From NCBI GenBank assembly GCA_937952315.1, contig CALFZX010000016.1, positions 78,969 through 142,968 of the forward strand: a stretch of 64,000 bases of DNA, given 5' to 3'. Positions 55,195 through 64,000 of the stretch are shown in pieces. This stretch comes from an uncultured bacterium (GTDB taxonomy: Bacteria; Patescibacteriota; Minisyncoccia; CAIUEV01). The first letter of the stretch is position 1. Each line of letters starts with the position of its first letter. The notes beneath the pieces were generated by a model. That model ran no database searches and was not told the origin of the DNA. It saw nothing but the letters and a program-made list of their open reading frames with translations. A program made the translations under genes and the position numbers.

Positions 55195-55704
55195 TTAAAG
55201 CTTAGATTTCTGGCTGAGTGCTTTTTTTGCCTCTTCATTCCAGTCTTTACGGTCCGTATCCGAAATTTTTTCCTTCAAAAATTTACCGGCCAGCTCAACA
55301 ATCAGATCTCCCGACTCCTGCCTTATCTCATCCATAATTTTTGCCTTTTCTCTTTCCAGTTGCACTCTTGTCTCTTCTTTGAAATTTAGAATTTCTTCTC
55401 GCGCTTTATTTAACGCTTTCTCTCGGCTATCCCTTGCTTCCGATTTTGCCTTTTCCAAAATCCGGTCAGCCTCCAGCGTTGCCTCTTTGATCTTTCCCGC
55501 TATGTTTTTTTCCGCTTCAGCTAAAACTTGTTCCGCTTTTTGAGCGTTATTCAAGCCTTCTTTGATTTTCTTTTCTCTTTTTTGAATGATATCGAGCAAC
55601 GGCTGATAAAGATAGCGTTTCAGAATATACATCAAGAGAAAAAAATTCACTACCTGCGCTAGGAGAATCTTACCATTGATGCCTAACTTATCAAGAATTT
55701 CCAT
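55195..55704 (-). CDS. atpF: F0 ATP synthase subunit b.
   Basis: A single N-terminal TM helix (ILLAQVVNFFLLMYIL), then a long charged coiled coil. Confidence 0.7.
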   Translation of the reverse strand: MEILDKLGINGKILLAQVVNFFLLMYILKRYLYQPLLDIIQKREKKIKEGLNNAQKAEQVLAEAEKNIAGKIKEATLEADRILEKAKSEARDSREKALNKAREEILNFKEETRVQLEREKAKIMDEIRQESGDLIVELAGKFLKEKISDTDRKDWNEEAKKALSQKSKL

Positions 55705-55736
55705 CTTGTTTCAAAAACTAAAAAACCTTAATTAAA

Positions 55737-56000
<264 letters not shown>

Positions 56001-56029
56001 TTAAAATTAAATTAAAACAAATAAATTAA

Positions 56030-56755
56030 TTAATGCTTTACCGTAGCCATTTTTAGAAAGACTAAAGTTAAAGTGGTGAAAACCAAAGCCTGAATCAGGC
56101 CCACAAATATTTCTAACATAAAAAATGGCAAAGGCAAAATGTAAGGAACGAGAAACATCATCGCCACCAGCAAGACTTCCCCCGCAAAAACATTCCCAAA
56201 AAGTCGAAAGGAAAAGGAAATCATTTTGGAAATTTCTCCGATCAGCTCAAGAACTCCTACAAAAAAATCGATGGGGCTCTTGAAATTAAAAAATTTGGAA
56301 GCGTGCCCTTTGAAGCCCAGAGCAACGAAGCCGGTCACCTGGACGGTAATCACCGAAATAACGGCCCAGGCAATCGTTGCGTTCAAGTCAGAGTTCAATG
56401 AGCGAAAGAAAGGTACGAATTCCCCTTCGTGATTCTCAAAACCGAAGGTGCCAACTCCCGGTAAAAGACCGAACCAATTGGAGAAAAGAATAAAAATAAA
56501 AAGCGTAGCCAAAAAGGGAAAAAATTTTAGCACCTTCTCTCGATCGGGCCAGACGCTCTCGAAAAAATTCAGCAATGCCTCCAAAATCTGTTCCGCAATG
56601 CCTTGGAGTTTACTCGGCATCATTTTTGGTTTTTTTCCGGCGACAAAACCGACCAAAATCAAAAAAGCCATTACAATCCACGCCGTCACAAGTGTATTTG
56701 TAATTACAAAATTTCCAATTTTGGCGATGGTCTCCGGCACCAAGGAAATATGCAT
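56030..56755 (-). CDS. atpB: F0 ATP synthase subunit a.
   Basis: Five TM helices with the conserved Arg in the penultimate helix (SFSFRLFGNVFAGE). Confidence 0.8.
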   Translation of the reverse strand: MHISLVPETIAKIGNFVITNTLVTAWIVMAFLILVGFVAGKKPKMMPSKLQGIAEQILEALLNFFESVWPDREKVLKFFPFLATLFIFILFSNWFGLLPGVGTFGFENHEGEFVPFFRSLNSDLNATIAWAVISVITVQVTGFVALGFKGHASKFFNFKSPIDFFVGVLELIGEISKMISFSFRLFGNVFAGEVLLVAMMFLVPYILPLPFFMLEIFVGLIQALVFTTLTLVFLKMATVKH

Positions 56756-56785
56756 TTTTTTTGATTTCGATTTATAATTTAGAAG

Positions 56786-56858
56786 TGCGTCGTGAGGGAT
56801 TCGAACCCCCGACCAATTGGTTAAGAGCCAACTGCTCTACCAGCTGAGCTAACGACGC
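56786..56858 (-). tRNA. tRNA-Lys (anticodon CUU).
   Basis: Acceptor GCGTCGT/ACGACGC, D-arm GCTC-AGCTGGTA-GAGC, anticodon stem GTTGG/CCAAT with loop CTCTTAA, T-arm GGGGG-TTCGAAT-CCCTC. It lies 30 nt upstream of atpB on the same strand. Confidence 0.8.
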
Positions 56859-56999
56859 TAAAAATCTGCGGTAATTCCGCAGATTGTTTCGCTCTGTGAA
56901 TATTAAAGTAAGCAAAAACAGCTTTGTCAAAAAAATTAATTCTTTGTCTTTTTAGTTTTTATTTTCTATCATTCATTAAAACAATCTTAAGCGATCAAA

Positions 57000-57830
57000 A
57001 TGAATAAAAAAGAATTTGTACTGGCCGCCAATTGGAAAATGAATCCCGTCACCCTCAAGGAGGCGGAAAGAATGTTGGACGGCATTGAAACGGGTATCGC
57101 GCGACTGGGACGACAGGACTGCGGAACCTCCCTTAATGTTATCGCTTTCCCGCCGGCCGTTTATTTAGGCGCGCTGGAGAAAAGAAAGACGATTCCCTTC
57201 GGTATCCAAAATATCGGCTGGGAGTGGAAAGGCGCCTATACGGGAGAGATTTCCTATCCGATGGCGGAGAATATCGGCTGCAAATATGCGATAATCGGTC
57301 ATTCGGAAAGGCGTCGCATGTTCGGTGAAACGGACGCAACGGTCAATCTAAAGTTGCGCTCGATACTCCAAGGCAACCTTAAACCGATTGTTTGCATCGG
57401 TGAAACGAAGGAGGAAAAAGATAAAGGCCTAACCGCCAAAGTGCTGAAAGAACAAATTCGAACGGCCTTTGAGAAGGTCAGCGTTCTCGCTTTGCCTAAA
57501 ATAATGATTGCCTATGAGCCGGTTTGGGCTATCAGTAGCATGGAAAAAGGTGTAAAAGGCGAAGCGGATGATCCTAGTAATGTTCTGAGCGCTTTAATTT
57601 TAATCCGTAAAACACTTTTCGAGATTTATCATTCCGATGTGATTTCCAAAGTAAAAATTATTTACGGTGGAAGCGTAAACGGAAAGAATGTTGACGGATT
57701 TATTGCGCTAGATAAATTGGACGGCCTTCTAATCGGCGGGGCCAGTTTAAATATTTTTGAGTTTCTTACCATCGCCAGAAAAGCTTACGAAGGCAGTCAG
57801 CTGACTTTGGAAAAAATTATTCATCATTAA
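57000..57830 (+). CDS. tpiA: Triosephosphate isomerase.
   Basis: ANWKMN (catalytic Lys), IIGHSERR (His), CIGETKEEKD (Glu), IAYEPVWAI and YGGSV. Confidence 0.9.
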   Translation: MNKKEFVLAANWKMNPVTLKEAERMLDGIETGIARLGRQDCGTSLNVIAFPPAVYLGALEKRKTIPFGIQNIGWEWKGAYTGEISYPMAENIGCKYAIIGHSERRRMFGETDATVNLKLRSILQGNLKPIVCIGETKEEKDKGLTAKVLKEQIRTAFEKVSVLALPKIMIAYEPVWAISSMEKGVKGEADDPSNVLSALILIRKTLFEIYHSDVISKVKIIYGGSVNGKNVDGFIALDKLDGLLIGGASLNIFEFLTIARKAYEGSQLTLEKIIHH

Positions 57831-57845
57831 AATCAAATAGTTAAT

Positions 57846-59069
57846 ATGATTTCTTCTCCCCCGGATATTTTGATGATTGCGCCCACCCCCTTTTTTGAAA
57901 ATCGAGGTTGCCATTTAAGAATTCGAGAGGAAGCCGAATCTCTTCAAAGGGCCGGTTGTTCCATTTTGATCGCTGCTTTTAGACAAGGAAACGAAGTAAA
58001 AAATCTTAGAATCGAGCGATCGTCGCTGGACTTGATTAATTTTGACAAAGGTCCGACAGCCAGCTGGAAAAAAATTCCCGCTTCTTTCTTCCTTTTTTTA
58101 ACTACCTTAAGATTAGTTTTTAAATATCGGCCCAAAGCAATCTATTGTCACTTGTTGGAAGGGCTGTCAATTGGCATCGTAACGCTATCAGTGGTTAGAA
58201 TTTTTTCCCTTTGGACCTATAAACCGATTTTGATTTTTGACAGTCAAGGTAGCCGCGCCGATGAAATGAAAAGTTACGGCATGATTGAAAATTCTACCAT
58301 TTTGAATTTTTTTCGCGGATTGGAAAAATTTTTACTTCGTTTTCCCGATAAAATTTTCGTTAGCTCAATCAATTACCTCAAAAAAATAAAGGAAATGCCC
58401 GGTCTAAAAGATCGAACGGAACAATTAGCCGATGGACCGTCCTTTTCTCCGGGAAAAGATATTGTTCGACGAGAAGAAAAAATAAAAAATCTAAAAAAAA
58501 TAAATCATTGTTTTGAAAAAAATGATTATCAAAGAGTGAATAAATGGCTCGAAGAAGAAAAATTTATCATAATCTATACCGGTAACTTCGGTCCGGCCAA
58601 AGGATTGCCCGACTTTATCAGACAAATACTCCCCCATTTTAGCAAGAAAGATTCGATTCGCTTTATTTTTGCCGGCGAGGGCGATTTGAAAACAAAAAAC
58701 GAGGAGATTGCGGTTTATTCGTCGAAGCTTGAAATTGAGAATCTTCCGCTCCTGCTTTCGCTGGCCGATATTGGCCTCGACCCAAAGCCAAAAACCAGCA
58801 CTGAAAGCAGTGGCAAATTAATTAATTATATGGCCGCTGGATTGCCGGTTTTAGCTATAAAAAGTCCTAATAGTTTATACTTCGTTGGCGACGAAAGACA
58901 GTTGGTAAATAGATTTAAAGAATTAAAAACGGCCATTACCAAACTGGCCAAAAATAAACGGGAGCTAGAGATGATGGGCAAGAAAAATCTTCAAAGAGTT
59001 AAGGAAAAATTTTCTTGGGATTTGCAAATAAGAAAAATATTGGCGATAATAGGCCACCGATCAATTTAA
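57846..59069 (+). CDS. Glycosyltransferase, probably family 4.
   Basis: N-terminus ILMIAPTPFFENRGCHLRIREEAESLQRAG resembles GT4 N-termini. The C-terminal half has YTGNFGPAKGL and GLPVLA, consistent with a GT-B donor site. Confidence 0.5.
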   Translation: MISSPPDILMIAPTPFFENRGCHLRIREEAESLQRAGCSILIAAFRQGNEVKNLRIERSSLDLINFDKGPTASWKKIPASFFLFLTTLRLVFKYRPKAIYCHLLEGLSIGIVTLSVVRIFSLWTYKPILIFDSQGSRADEMKSYGMIENSTILNFFRGLEKFLLRFPDKIFVSSINYLKKIKEMPGLKDRTEQLADGPSFSPGKDIVRREEKIKNLKKINHCFEKNDYQRVNKWLEEEKFIIIYTGNFGPAKGLPDFIRQILPHFSKKDSIRFIFAGEGDLKTKNEEIAVYSSKLEIENLPLLLSLADIGLDPKPKTSTESSGKLINYMAAGLPVLAIKSPNSLYFVGDERQLVNRFKELKTAITKLAKNKRELEMMGKKNLQRVKEKFSWDLQIRKILAIIGHRSI

Positions 59070-59091
59070 AAGAATTAAAGAATCTATCTCA

Positions 59092-59559
59092 ATGGAGACA
59101 TTCGTGCTTGTTTTTTCAGTTATTTTTGGCGTTATTCTGCTTATTTTCAATGTAATAACTTGGCTTAAAGTCAGAAAAATCGAGAACAAAGAAAACATTC
59201 TCCTGGCCGAGGGGAAAAAATTGGACTGGGAAAGTCTTATCCCGGCGGTAACCCGAATCGATCGCGATGTAAAAGATCTTTATGATATCAGCAGTCAGCT
59301 TAATCGAGTGAGCAAGAAGGGCGTTTGTAAAATGGGTATTTGCAAATTCAACTCTCTGGGAGAAAAAAGTGGCAACCAAAGTTTCGCTTTAGCCTTACTG
59401 AATTATAAAGATACCGGTATTATCGTTTCCTACTTGAAAACGGCCAACGATTCGAGAATGTTTATTCGAAACATCAAAGAAGGCAAAAATGATCAGGATA
59501 CGCAGTTGTTGGAAGAAGAAATTAAGGCATTGGAACGAGCCAAACAAGTTGTTTTTTAA
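59092..59559 (+). CDS. Hypothetical membrane-anchored protein.
   Basis: N-terminal TM helix (FVLVFSVIFGVILLIFNVITWL) and a cytoplasmic domain of unknown function. Confidence 0.35.
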   Translation: METFVLVFSVIFGVILLIFNVITWLKVRKIENKENILLAEGKKLDWESLIPAVTRIDRDVKDLYDISSQLNRVSKKGVCKMGICKFNSLGEKSGNQSFALALLNYKDTGIIVSYLKTANDSRMFIRNIKEGKNDQDTQLLEEEIKALERAKQVVF

Positions 59560-59582
59560 TTTTAAACTATAATTTTACTAAT

Positions 59583-61379
59583 ATGCAAGAAGAAGCAGAG
59601 AAGAAAAAAATTGCTCTGCCGGAAAATATTTCAGTGAAAGAATTCGCTAAATTAACCGGTAAAACTGTCTCCGAGGTGATTGCCGTTTTAATGCAAAACG
59701 GCTTTCTGGCTACGATCAATGAATCTTTGGATTCGGAAACGGCCACTATCGTTGCTTACGATTTGGGTTTTGAGATCGAAACTCAAATTGAAAACGAAAA
59801 TAAAGAATCGGAGAGAGACAGCGATCTTAACGCCATAATTCGGAAAGACACCGCCGACGAAGACCAATTGGAAAACCGACCGCCAATCGTGACTATTCTC
59901 GGGCATGTAGATCACGGCAAGACCACTTTGCTTGACACAATCAGAAAAACTAAAGTAGTCGACCAAGAGTCGGGCGGAATCACTCAACACATTACCGCCT
60001 ACCAAGTTATGATCAAGAACAAGAAAATTACTTTTGTTGATACGCCCGGTCACGAAGCTTTCGAAAAAATGCGTTCGCGTGGCGCGCATATTTCCGATAT
60101 TGCCATCATTATTATTGATGCTTGCGACGGAGTTAAGCCTCAGACTAAAGAAGTTATCGAAAAAGTGTTAAAGAATAACATCCCCTTTTTGGTCTGTCTG
60201 AACAAAATCGATAAACCGGAGGCCAATCCGGAGAGAGTCAAAGGGCAACTGGCGGAATTGAATGTTTTGGTCGAGGGTTGGGGTGGGAAAGTTCCCCTGG
60301 TGGAAATTTCCGCCAAAGAAAACAAGAATATCGATGAATTGCTGGAGACCATCTTGCTGGTAGCGGAAATTGAAGATTTTAAAGCCAATCCCAAAGCTAA
60401 GGCAGTCGGGCTGGTCTTGGAATCTCATTTGGATAAGAATCGGGGACCGGTTGCAACCTTAATTGTCAAAAATGGGACTCTGAATATTTGCGATTTTGTC
60501 GTCGCCGGAAGAGAAAGCGGGAGAATTAAATTGATCGAGGACTACAAGGGTGAAAAAATCAAGGAGGCGGCTCCGTCAACTCCGATCACCGTTTTAGGTT
60601 TTGAAAACTTGCCGGAGGCGGGTAGTATTTTTCAGACGAAAATTAAAACTAGAAATTGCAAGAAGGCGAACGAATGGGAATCGATACAAGCTAAAGAAAA
60701 TCGATCTCGCTCTCCGCTGAAAAGAATCGAGAAATCATTGAAGAAAGAACAGTACAAAAAACTCAATGTAGTTGTGAAGGCAGATACTCAAGGCTCTCTC
60801 GAGGCACTGGAACAAATTTTAAACACTTTGATAGCTTCCGATGTGATGATTAAAATTGTTAAATCGGGTGTCGGTCAGATCACCGAATCCGATTTGGTGA
60901 TGGCGAAAATCAGCGACGCCATTCTTTATGGTTTTCGAGTCAACGCCAACGCTAGCGCTAAAGAGGCGGAAGATCAAACAAAGGTTAAGCCCAAAATTTT
61001 CGATGTTATTTATCATCTGGTCGAGGATATTAAAAACGAAATGGAAAAAAATGTTACCATCGAAGAAGTCAGAGTAGACAGAGGAACGGTCAAAATTTTA
61101 GCCATTTTTAAAACCGGAAAAAAGGATATGATTATCGGAGGAAGAATCTTGGAGGGTAAATTGGCCAAAGGCGATTTTGTTGATATAATTAGAAACGAAG
61201 AAAATATCGGTAGTGGGAAAATTGTTGAAATTAAAAAAGGCAAAGAAGGGGTTGAAGAGGCGGTTGAAGGCGATGAATGCGGTATGAGTTTCGAGTCGAC
61301 AGGTAATTTTAATAAGATAAAAGAGGGGGATAAACTTTTAGTTTATGCTCTTGAAAATCAAACAAAAACAATCGATTGA
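59583..61379 (+). CDS. infB: Translation initiation factor IF-2 (short form).
   Basis: G-domain GHVDHGKTTLLD, DTPGHEAF and NKID, followed by beta-barrel domains. 598 aa. Confidence 0.9.
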   Translation: MQEEAEKKKIALPENISVKEFAKLTGKTVSEVIAVLMQNGFLATINESLDSETATIVAYDLGFEIETQIENENKESERDSDLNAIIRKDTADEDQLENRPPIVTILGHVDHGKTTLLDTIRKTKVVDQESGGITQHITAYQVMIKNKKITFVDTPGHEAFEKMRSRGAHISDIAIIIIDACDGVKPQTKEVIEKVLKNNIPFLVCLNKIDKPEANPERVKGQLAELNVLVEGWGGKVPLVEISAKENKNIDELLETILLVAEIEDFKANPKAKAVGLVLESHLDKNRGPVATLIVKNGTLNICDFVVAGRESGRIKLIEDYKGEKIKEAAPSTPITVLGFENLPEAGSIFQTKIKTRNCKKANEWESIQAKENRSRSPLKRIEKSLKKEQYKKLNVVVKADTQGSLEALEQILNTLIASDVMIKIVKSGVGQITESDLVMAKISDAILYGFRVNANASAKEAEDQTKVKPKIFDVIYHLVEDIKNEMEKNVTIEEVRVDRGTVKILAIFKTGKKDMIIGGRILEGKLAKGDFVDIIRNEENIGSGKIVEIKKGKEGVEEAVEGDECGMSFESTGNFNKIKEGDKLLVYALENQTKTID

Positions 61380-61380
61380 A

Positions 61381-62541
61381 ATGATTAAAAAGAATCAATC
61401 ACCAACCATAGGCATTGATGCGGCCGATCTTTGCTATTCCCGAATCGACGGCACAAGAATCTATATAAAAAATTTGCTTGAAAGGTTCGGCGCTTTAGCT
61501 CCCGAAACCAATTTTGAAATTTATCTTAAGGGAGACATCAATCCCGGTTTAAAGTTTAAAAAATATCCTAATTATCGGATTCACAAAGCAAATCTTCCTT
61601 TTCTTTGGACTCAATTGCGATTTCCTTTTATGCTTCGGCAAACACAGCCCGATGTTTTGTGGATGCCGTTGCACAACCTACCTTTTTTTAAGCCCAAGAA
61701 TCTTAAAACGGTGGTAACGGTTCACGATCTGGCCTTTAAAATTTTTCCCGATTTCTTTCCCAAAAAAGACTTGGTCCTTCTGAACAAACTGACCGCTTAC
61801 GCTGTCAAAAATGCCGATCGAATTATTGCTGTTTCTCGCTCTACAGCTAACGATTTGGCGGAAATCTACGGGGTTTCACCTTACAAAATAAAAGTAATCT
61901 ATCACGGCTATGATCATAAACTTTTTCACCTCCCTAGCGATAAAGAAAAAGCGAAAATTCATGAATTTTTGGAGAAATTTAAAATTCCGAAAAACGCTAA
62001 ATACCTTATTTATGTCGGCGCTATTCAGCCAAGAAAAAATTTGGGAGTATTAGTCAGCGCCTTTGAAAGAATAAAAACTCTTCATTCTTTCAAAGATTGG
62101 AAACTGGTTTTAGCCGGTGAAGAAGCGTGGCTGTTCGATGAGCTGAAAAAACAAATCAAAACTTCTATCTGGAGTAAAGATATAATCATGACCGGGAAGT
62201 TCGAGACCTCCGATTTGCCATATCTATTATGGGGAGCGGAAACATTTATTTTCCCCTCTCTTTATGAAGGCTTTGGCATCCCGATTCTCGAGGCTATGGC
62301 TTGCGGAGTGCCCGTTATTACGGCAAAAAACTCCAGCTTAGTTGAAGTGGCGGGAGAGGCGGGTCTCTATTTTGACGCTAGACGAGTTGACCAACTGGCT
62401 GCTCTGGTTAAAGATATAAATCATAACCCCGAAAAGAAAAAAGAAATGGTGGAGCGAGGTTTGGCTCGATGCCCAAGATTCTCCTGGGAGAAAACCGCTA
62501 AAGAAACTTTCAATTACCTGATTGACACCGCCCTGCGCTAG
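61381..62541 (+). CDS. Glycosyltransferase family 4.
   Basis: EGFGIPILEAMACGVPVITAKNSSLVEVAGEAGLYFD is the GT4 E-x7-E donor motif. The start is taken at Met 61381 (MIKKNQ); the ORF track begins at 61345, overlapping infB. Confidence 0.75.
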   Translation: MIKKNQSPTIGIDAADLCYSRIDGTRIYIKNLLERFGALAPETNFEIYLKGDINPGLKFKKYPNYRIHKANLPFLWTQLRFPFMLRQTQPDVLWMPLHNLPFFKPKNLKTVVTVHDLAFKIFPDFFPKKDLVLLNKLTAYAVKNADRIIAVSRSTANDLAEIYGVSPYKIKVIYHGYDHKLFHLPSDKEKAKIHEFLEKFKIPKNAKYLIYVGAIQPRKNLGVLVSAFERIKTLHSFKDWKLVLAGEEAWLFDELKKQIKTSIWSKDIIMTGKFETSDLPYLLWGAETFIFPSLYEGFGIPILEAMACGVPVITAKNSSLVEVAGEAGLYFDARRVDQLAALVKDINHNPEKKKEMVERGLARCPRFSWEKTAKETFNYLIDTALR

Positions 62542-62594
62542 TTTTTTTGCTACTTTGAATTATTTGTGATATAAAGCTGAAAGTTAAAAAATAA

Positions 62595-62921
62595 GTGTTT
62601 GCTATGAAAAAAGGTATTCATCCCAACTACGGTCCAAGTGTAATTAAATGTGCCTGTGGCAATGAAGTTCAGACTTACAGTACTGTTTCTGAACTTTCCA
62701 TAGAAATTTGTAGTGCTTGCCATCCTTTTTATACCGGGCAGAAGAAAATTGTTGACAGCGCCGGTCGAGTTGATCGCTTCAAGAAACGGCTTGAGATTGG
62801 TAAAAATTTGAAAGAGGAGAAGCAAAAACAAAATGCCCTCAAAAAGCCACGCAAGAAAAAATCCGTTGCAAAAGCTGAAATTATCAAAATTGCTCCAAAG
62901 AAAATTAAGAGTAAAAAATAA
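62595..62921 (+). CDS. rpmE: 50S ribosomal protein L31 with a Lys-rich C-terminal extension.
   Basis: MKKGIHPNY, the zinc ribbon CACGNE...[10 protein letters not shown], and a basic tail. Confidence 0.85.
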   Translation: MFAMKKGIHPNYGPSVIKCACGNEVQTYSTVSELSIEICSACHPFYTGQKKIVDSAGRVDRFKKRLEIGKNLKEEKQKQNALKKPRKKKSVAKAEIIKIAPKKIKSKK

Positions 62922-62933
62922 ACAGTTTTAAAA

Positions 62934-63476
62934 ATGAAATCCTCGATTCGTCCCTCTTGGGATGCTTATTTTATGGCGCTAGCTAAACTGGTCGCTTCTC
63001 GTTCAACTTGTCTCTCTCGACCAACCGGTTGCGTCATTGTCAAGGATAAACAAATAATTTCAACCGGATATAACGGTTCAATGCCCGGGGTAGCTCACTG
63101 CTCCGAAGAAGGACGGTGTTACCGACGGAGCATTCAAGCTCCCGATGCCGGAAAATACGATTTTTGTCGCAGTATTCACGCTGAGGCTAACGCCGTGGCC
63201 TTGGCAAGTAAAAAAGGGTTGGACTTGGAAGGAAGTGTCGTTTATGCCACCCTTTTTCCTTGTTTCGTCTGTACAAAGCTTTTAGTTCGCGCCGGTGTCA
63301 AGGAAATCATCTTTGAGAAAGGTTATGAATCGGTCGATAAAAACCGCGATCAACATTGGAAGGAGGCGCTTGAGTCAACGGGCGTCAAAGTCAGACCCTT
63401 CAAAATTGAAAGTGAAGATATCCAATTTATGCTAAATTTTCTCCAAGGTGACACTTCGGAAAGACGAATCAAATGA
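62934..63476 (+). CDS. dCMP/CMP deaminase (ComEB-like).
   Basis: The zinc site HAEANAV and PCFVCTKLL (the HxE...PCxxC motif). Confidence 0.8.
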   Translation: MKSSIRPSWDAYFMALAKLVASRSTCLSRPTGCVIVKDKQIISTGYNGSMPGVAHCSEEGRCYRRSIQAPDAGKYDFCRSIHAEANAVALASKKGLDLEGSVVYATLFPCFVCTKLLVRAGVKEIIFEKGYESVDKNRDQHWKEALESTGVKVRPFKIESEDIQFMLNFLQGDTSERRIK

Positions 63477-63501
63477 ATAAATAAAAAATAATAAATTCGA
63501 A

Positions 63502-64000
63502 ATGGATTGGCCAATCTATTACAAAGATATTTTGAGACTGGGAAGCGAAAAATCCACTTTAGGCATAGCGACCGGTTGGACTATTTGCGATAAAATCACA
63601 GGAAAATGGCCCAAAAGCCTTTATGCGGTCAGTGGTCAGCTTTATACGCGCACGGGGATCAATTTTTTGGTCAGAAACTTGCTGGCAAACAAAAAAATCC
63701 GCCACTTGGTTATTTGCGGACAGGATAGAGGCGACGCCGGAAAAGAGCTAATTTCTCTCTGGAATAAAAAAACAAGCGATTATTTGGACAAAGAAATCTC
63801 GAAAAAAGCAATTTTCGAGATGATCGATCATGTCGAACTGATTAATATGCTTGGTGAAGATAACCCCGTTACTATAAAACGACAAGCGGAGAAATTCAAC
63901 CAAAGCTTACCCGCTTACGGTGAGGCGGAGATATTTCCCGAGACCAAAAAACTTGATTACAACGAACTTTATTGCCACTTCCCTACCGACTCTTCAGTTT
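63502..64000 (+). CDS. Hypothetical protein. The 3' end is cut by the window edge.
   Basis: Open frame from the ATG at 63502 through to the window end (MDWPIYYKDILRLGSEKSTLGIATGW...). No motif recognised. Confidence 0.35.
   Translation, partial: MDWPIYYKDILRLGSEKSTLGIATGWTICDKITGKWPKSLYAVSGQLYTRTGINFLVRNLLANKKIRHLVICGQDRGDAGKELISLWNKKTSDYLDKEISKKAIFEMIDHVELINMLGEDNPVTIKRQAEKFNQSLPAYGEAEIFPETKKLDYNELYCHFPTDSSV

Overview
The window is a gene-dense, low-GC stretch of bacterial chromosome that uses the standard genetic code (TGA is a stop, for example at the mutM stop). Several traits suggest a Candidate Phyla Radiation (CPR)/Patescibacteria-type genome. These are the near-absence of Shine-Dalgarno sites, an L18-S5-L15 ribosomal cluster lacking L30 and secY, lysine-rich tails on ribosomal proteins, a type IV pilin, and small VirB2/PrgI-like genes. 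This is inference only.

Clear housekeeping genes:
- Replication and repair: mutM (fpg), dnaG, dnaX.
- Chaperones and proteases: groEL and dnaK, each preceded by a CIRCE palindrome (an HrcA heat-shock operator), and htpX.
- Translation and RNA: smpB, aspS, miaB, ribosomal proteins L18/S5/L15, L19 and L31, infB, tsaE, and five tRNAs (Pro-CGG, Thr-UGU, Ile-GAU, Arg-UCG, Lys-CUU).
- Central and energy metabolism: ddl, thioredoxin, tpiA, a dCMP deaminase, and an atpB-E-F-H-A half-operon. atpG, atpD and atpC are not in the window.
- Transcription: rpoD and a DksA/TraR-family zinc-finger protein.

Accessory and more unusual content:
- A tandem array of five paralogous small membrane proteins that resemble VirB2/TrbC pilins.
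- A Cys-rich type IV pilin gene sitting 8 nt downstream of rpoD.
- An orphan PrgI-like (VirB3-analog) gene.
- An [FeFe]-hydrogenase catalytic subunit translationally coupled to a small membrane protein, plus a separate NuoF/HydB-like flavoprotein gene.
- A Ddl / YkgJ-like / VanX-like D-Ala-D-Ala dipeptidase cluster.
- A GC-richer gene for an Ivy-like (CxPHDC-motif) secreted protein, with its own promoter and terminator, next to tRNA-Pro.
- A cell-envelope glycosylation cluster (GT4 enzymes, a WecA/MraY-like transferase, an O-antigen-ligase-like protein, and large polytopic membrane proteins).
- A MacAB-like efflux module.

No CRISPR array, rRNA, transposase or integrase was seen.
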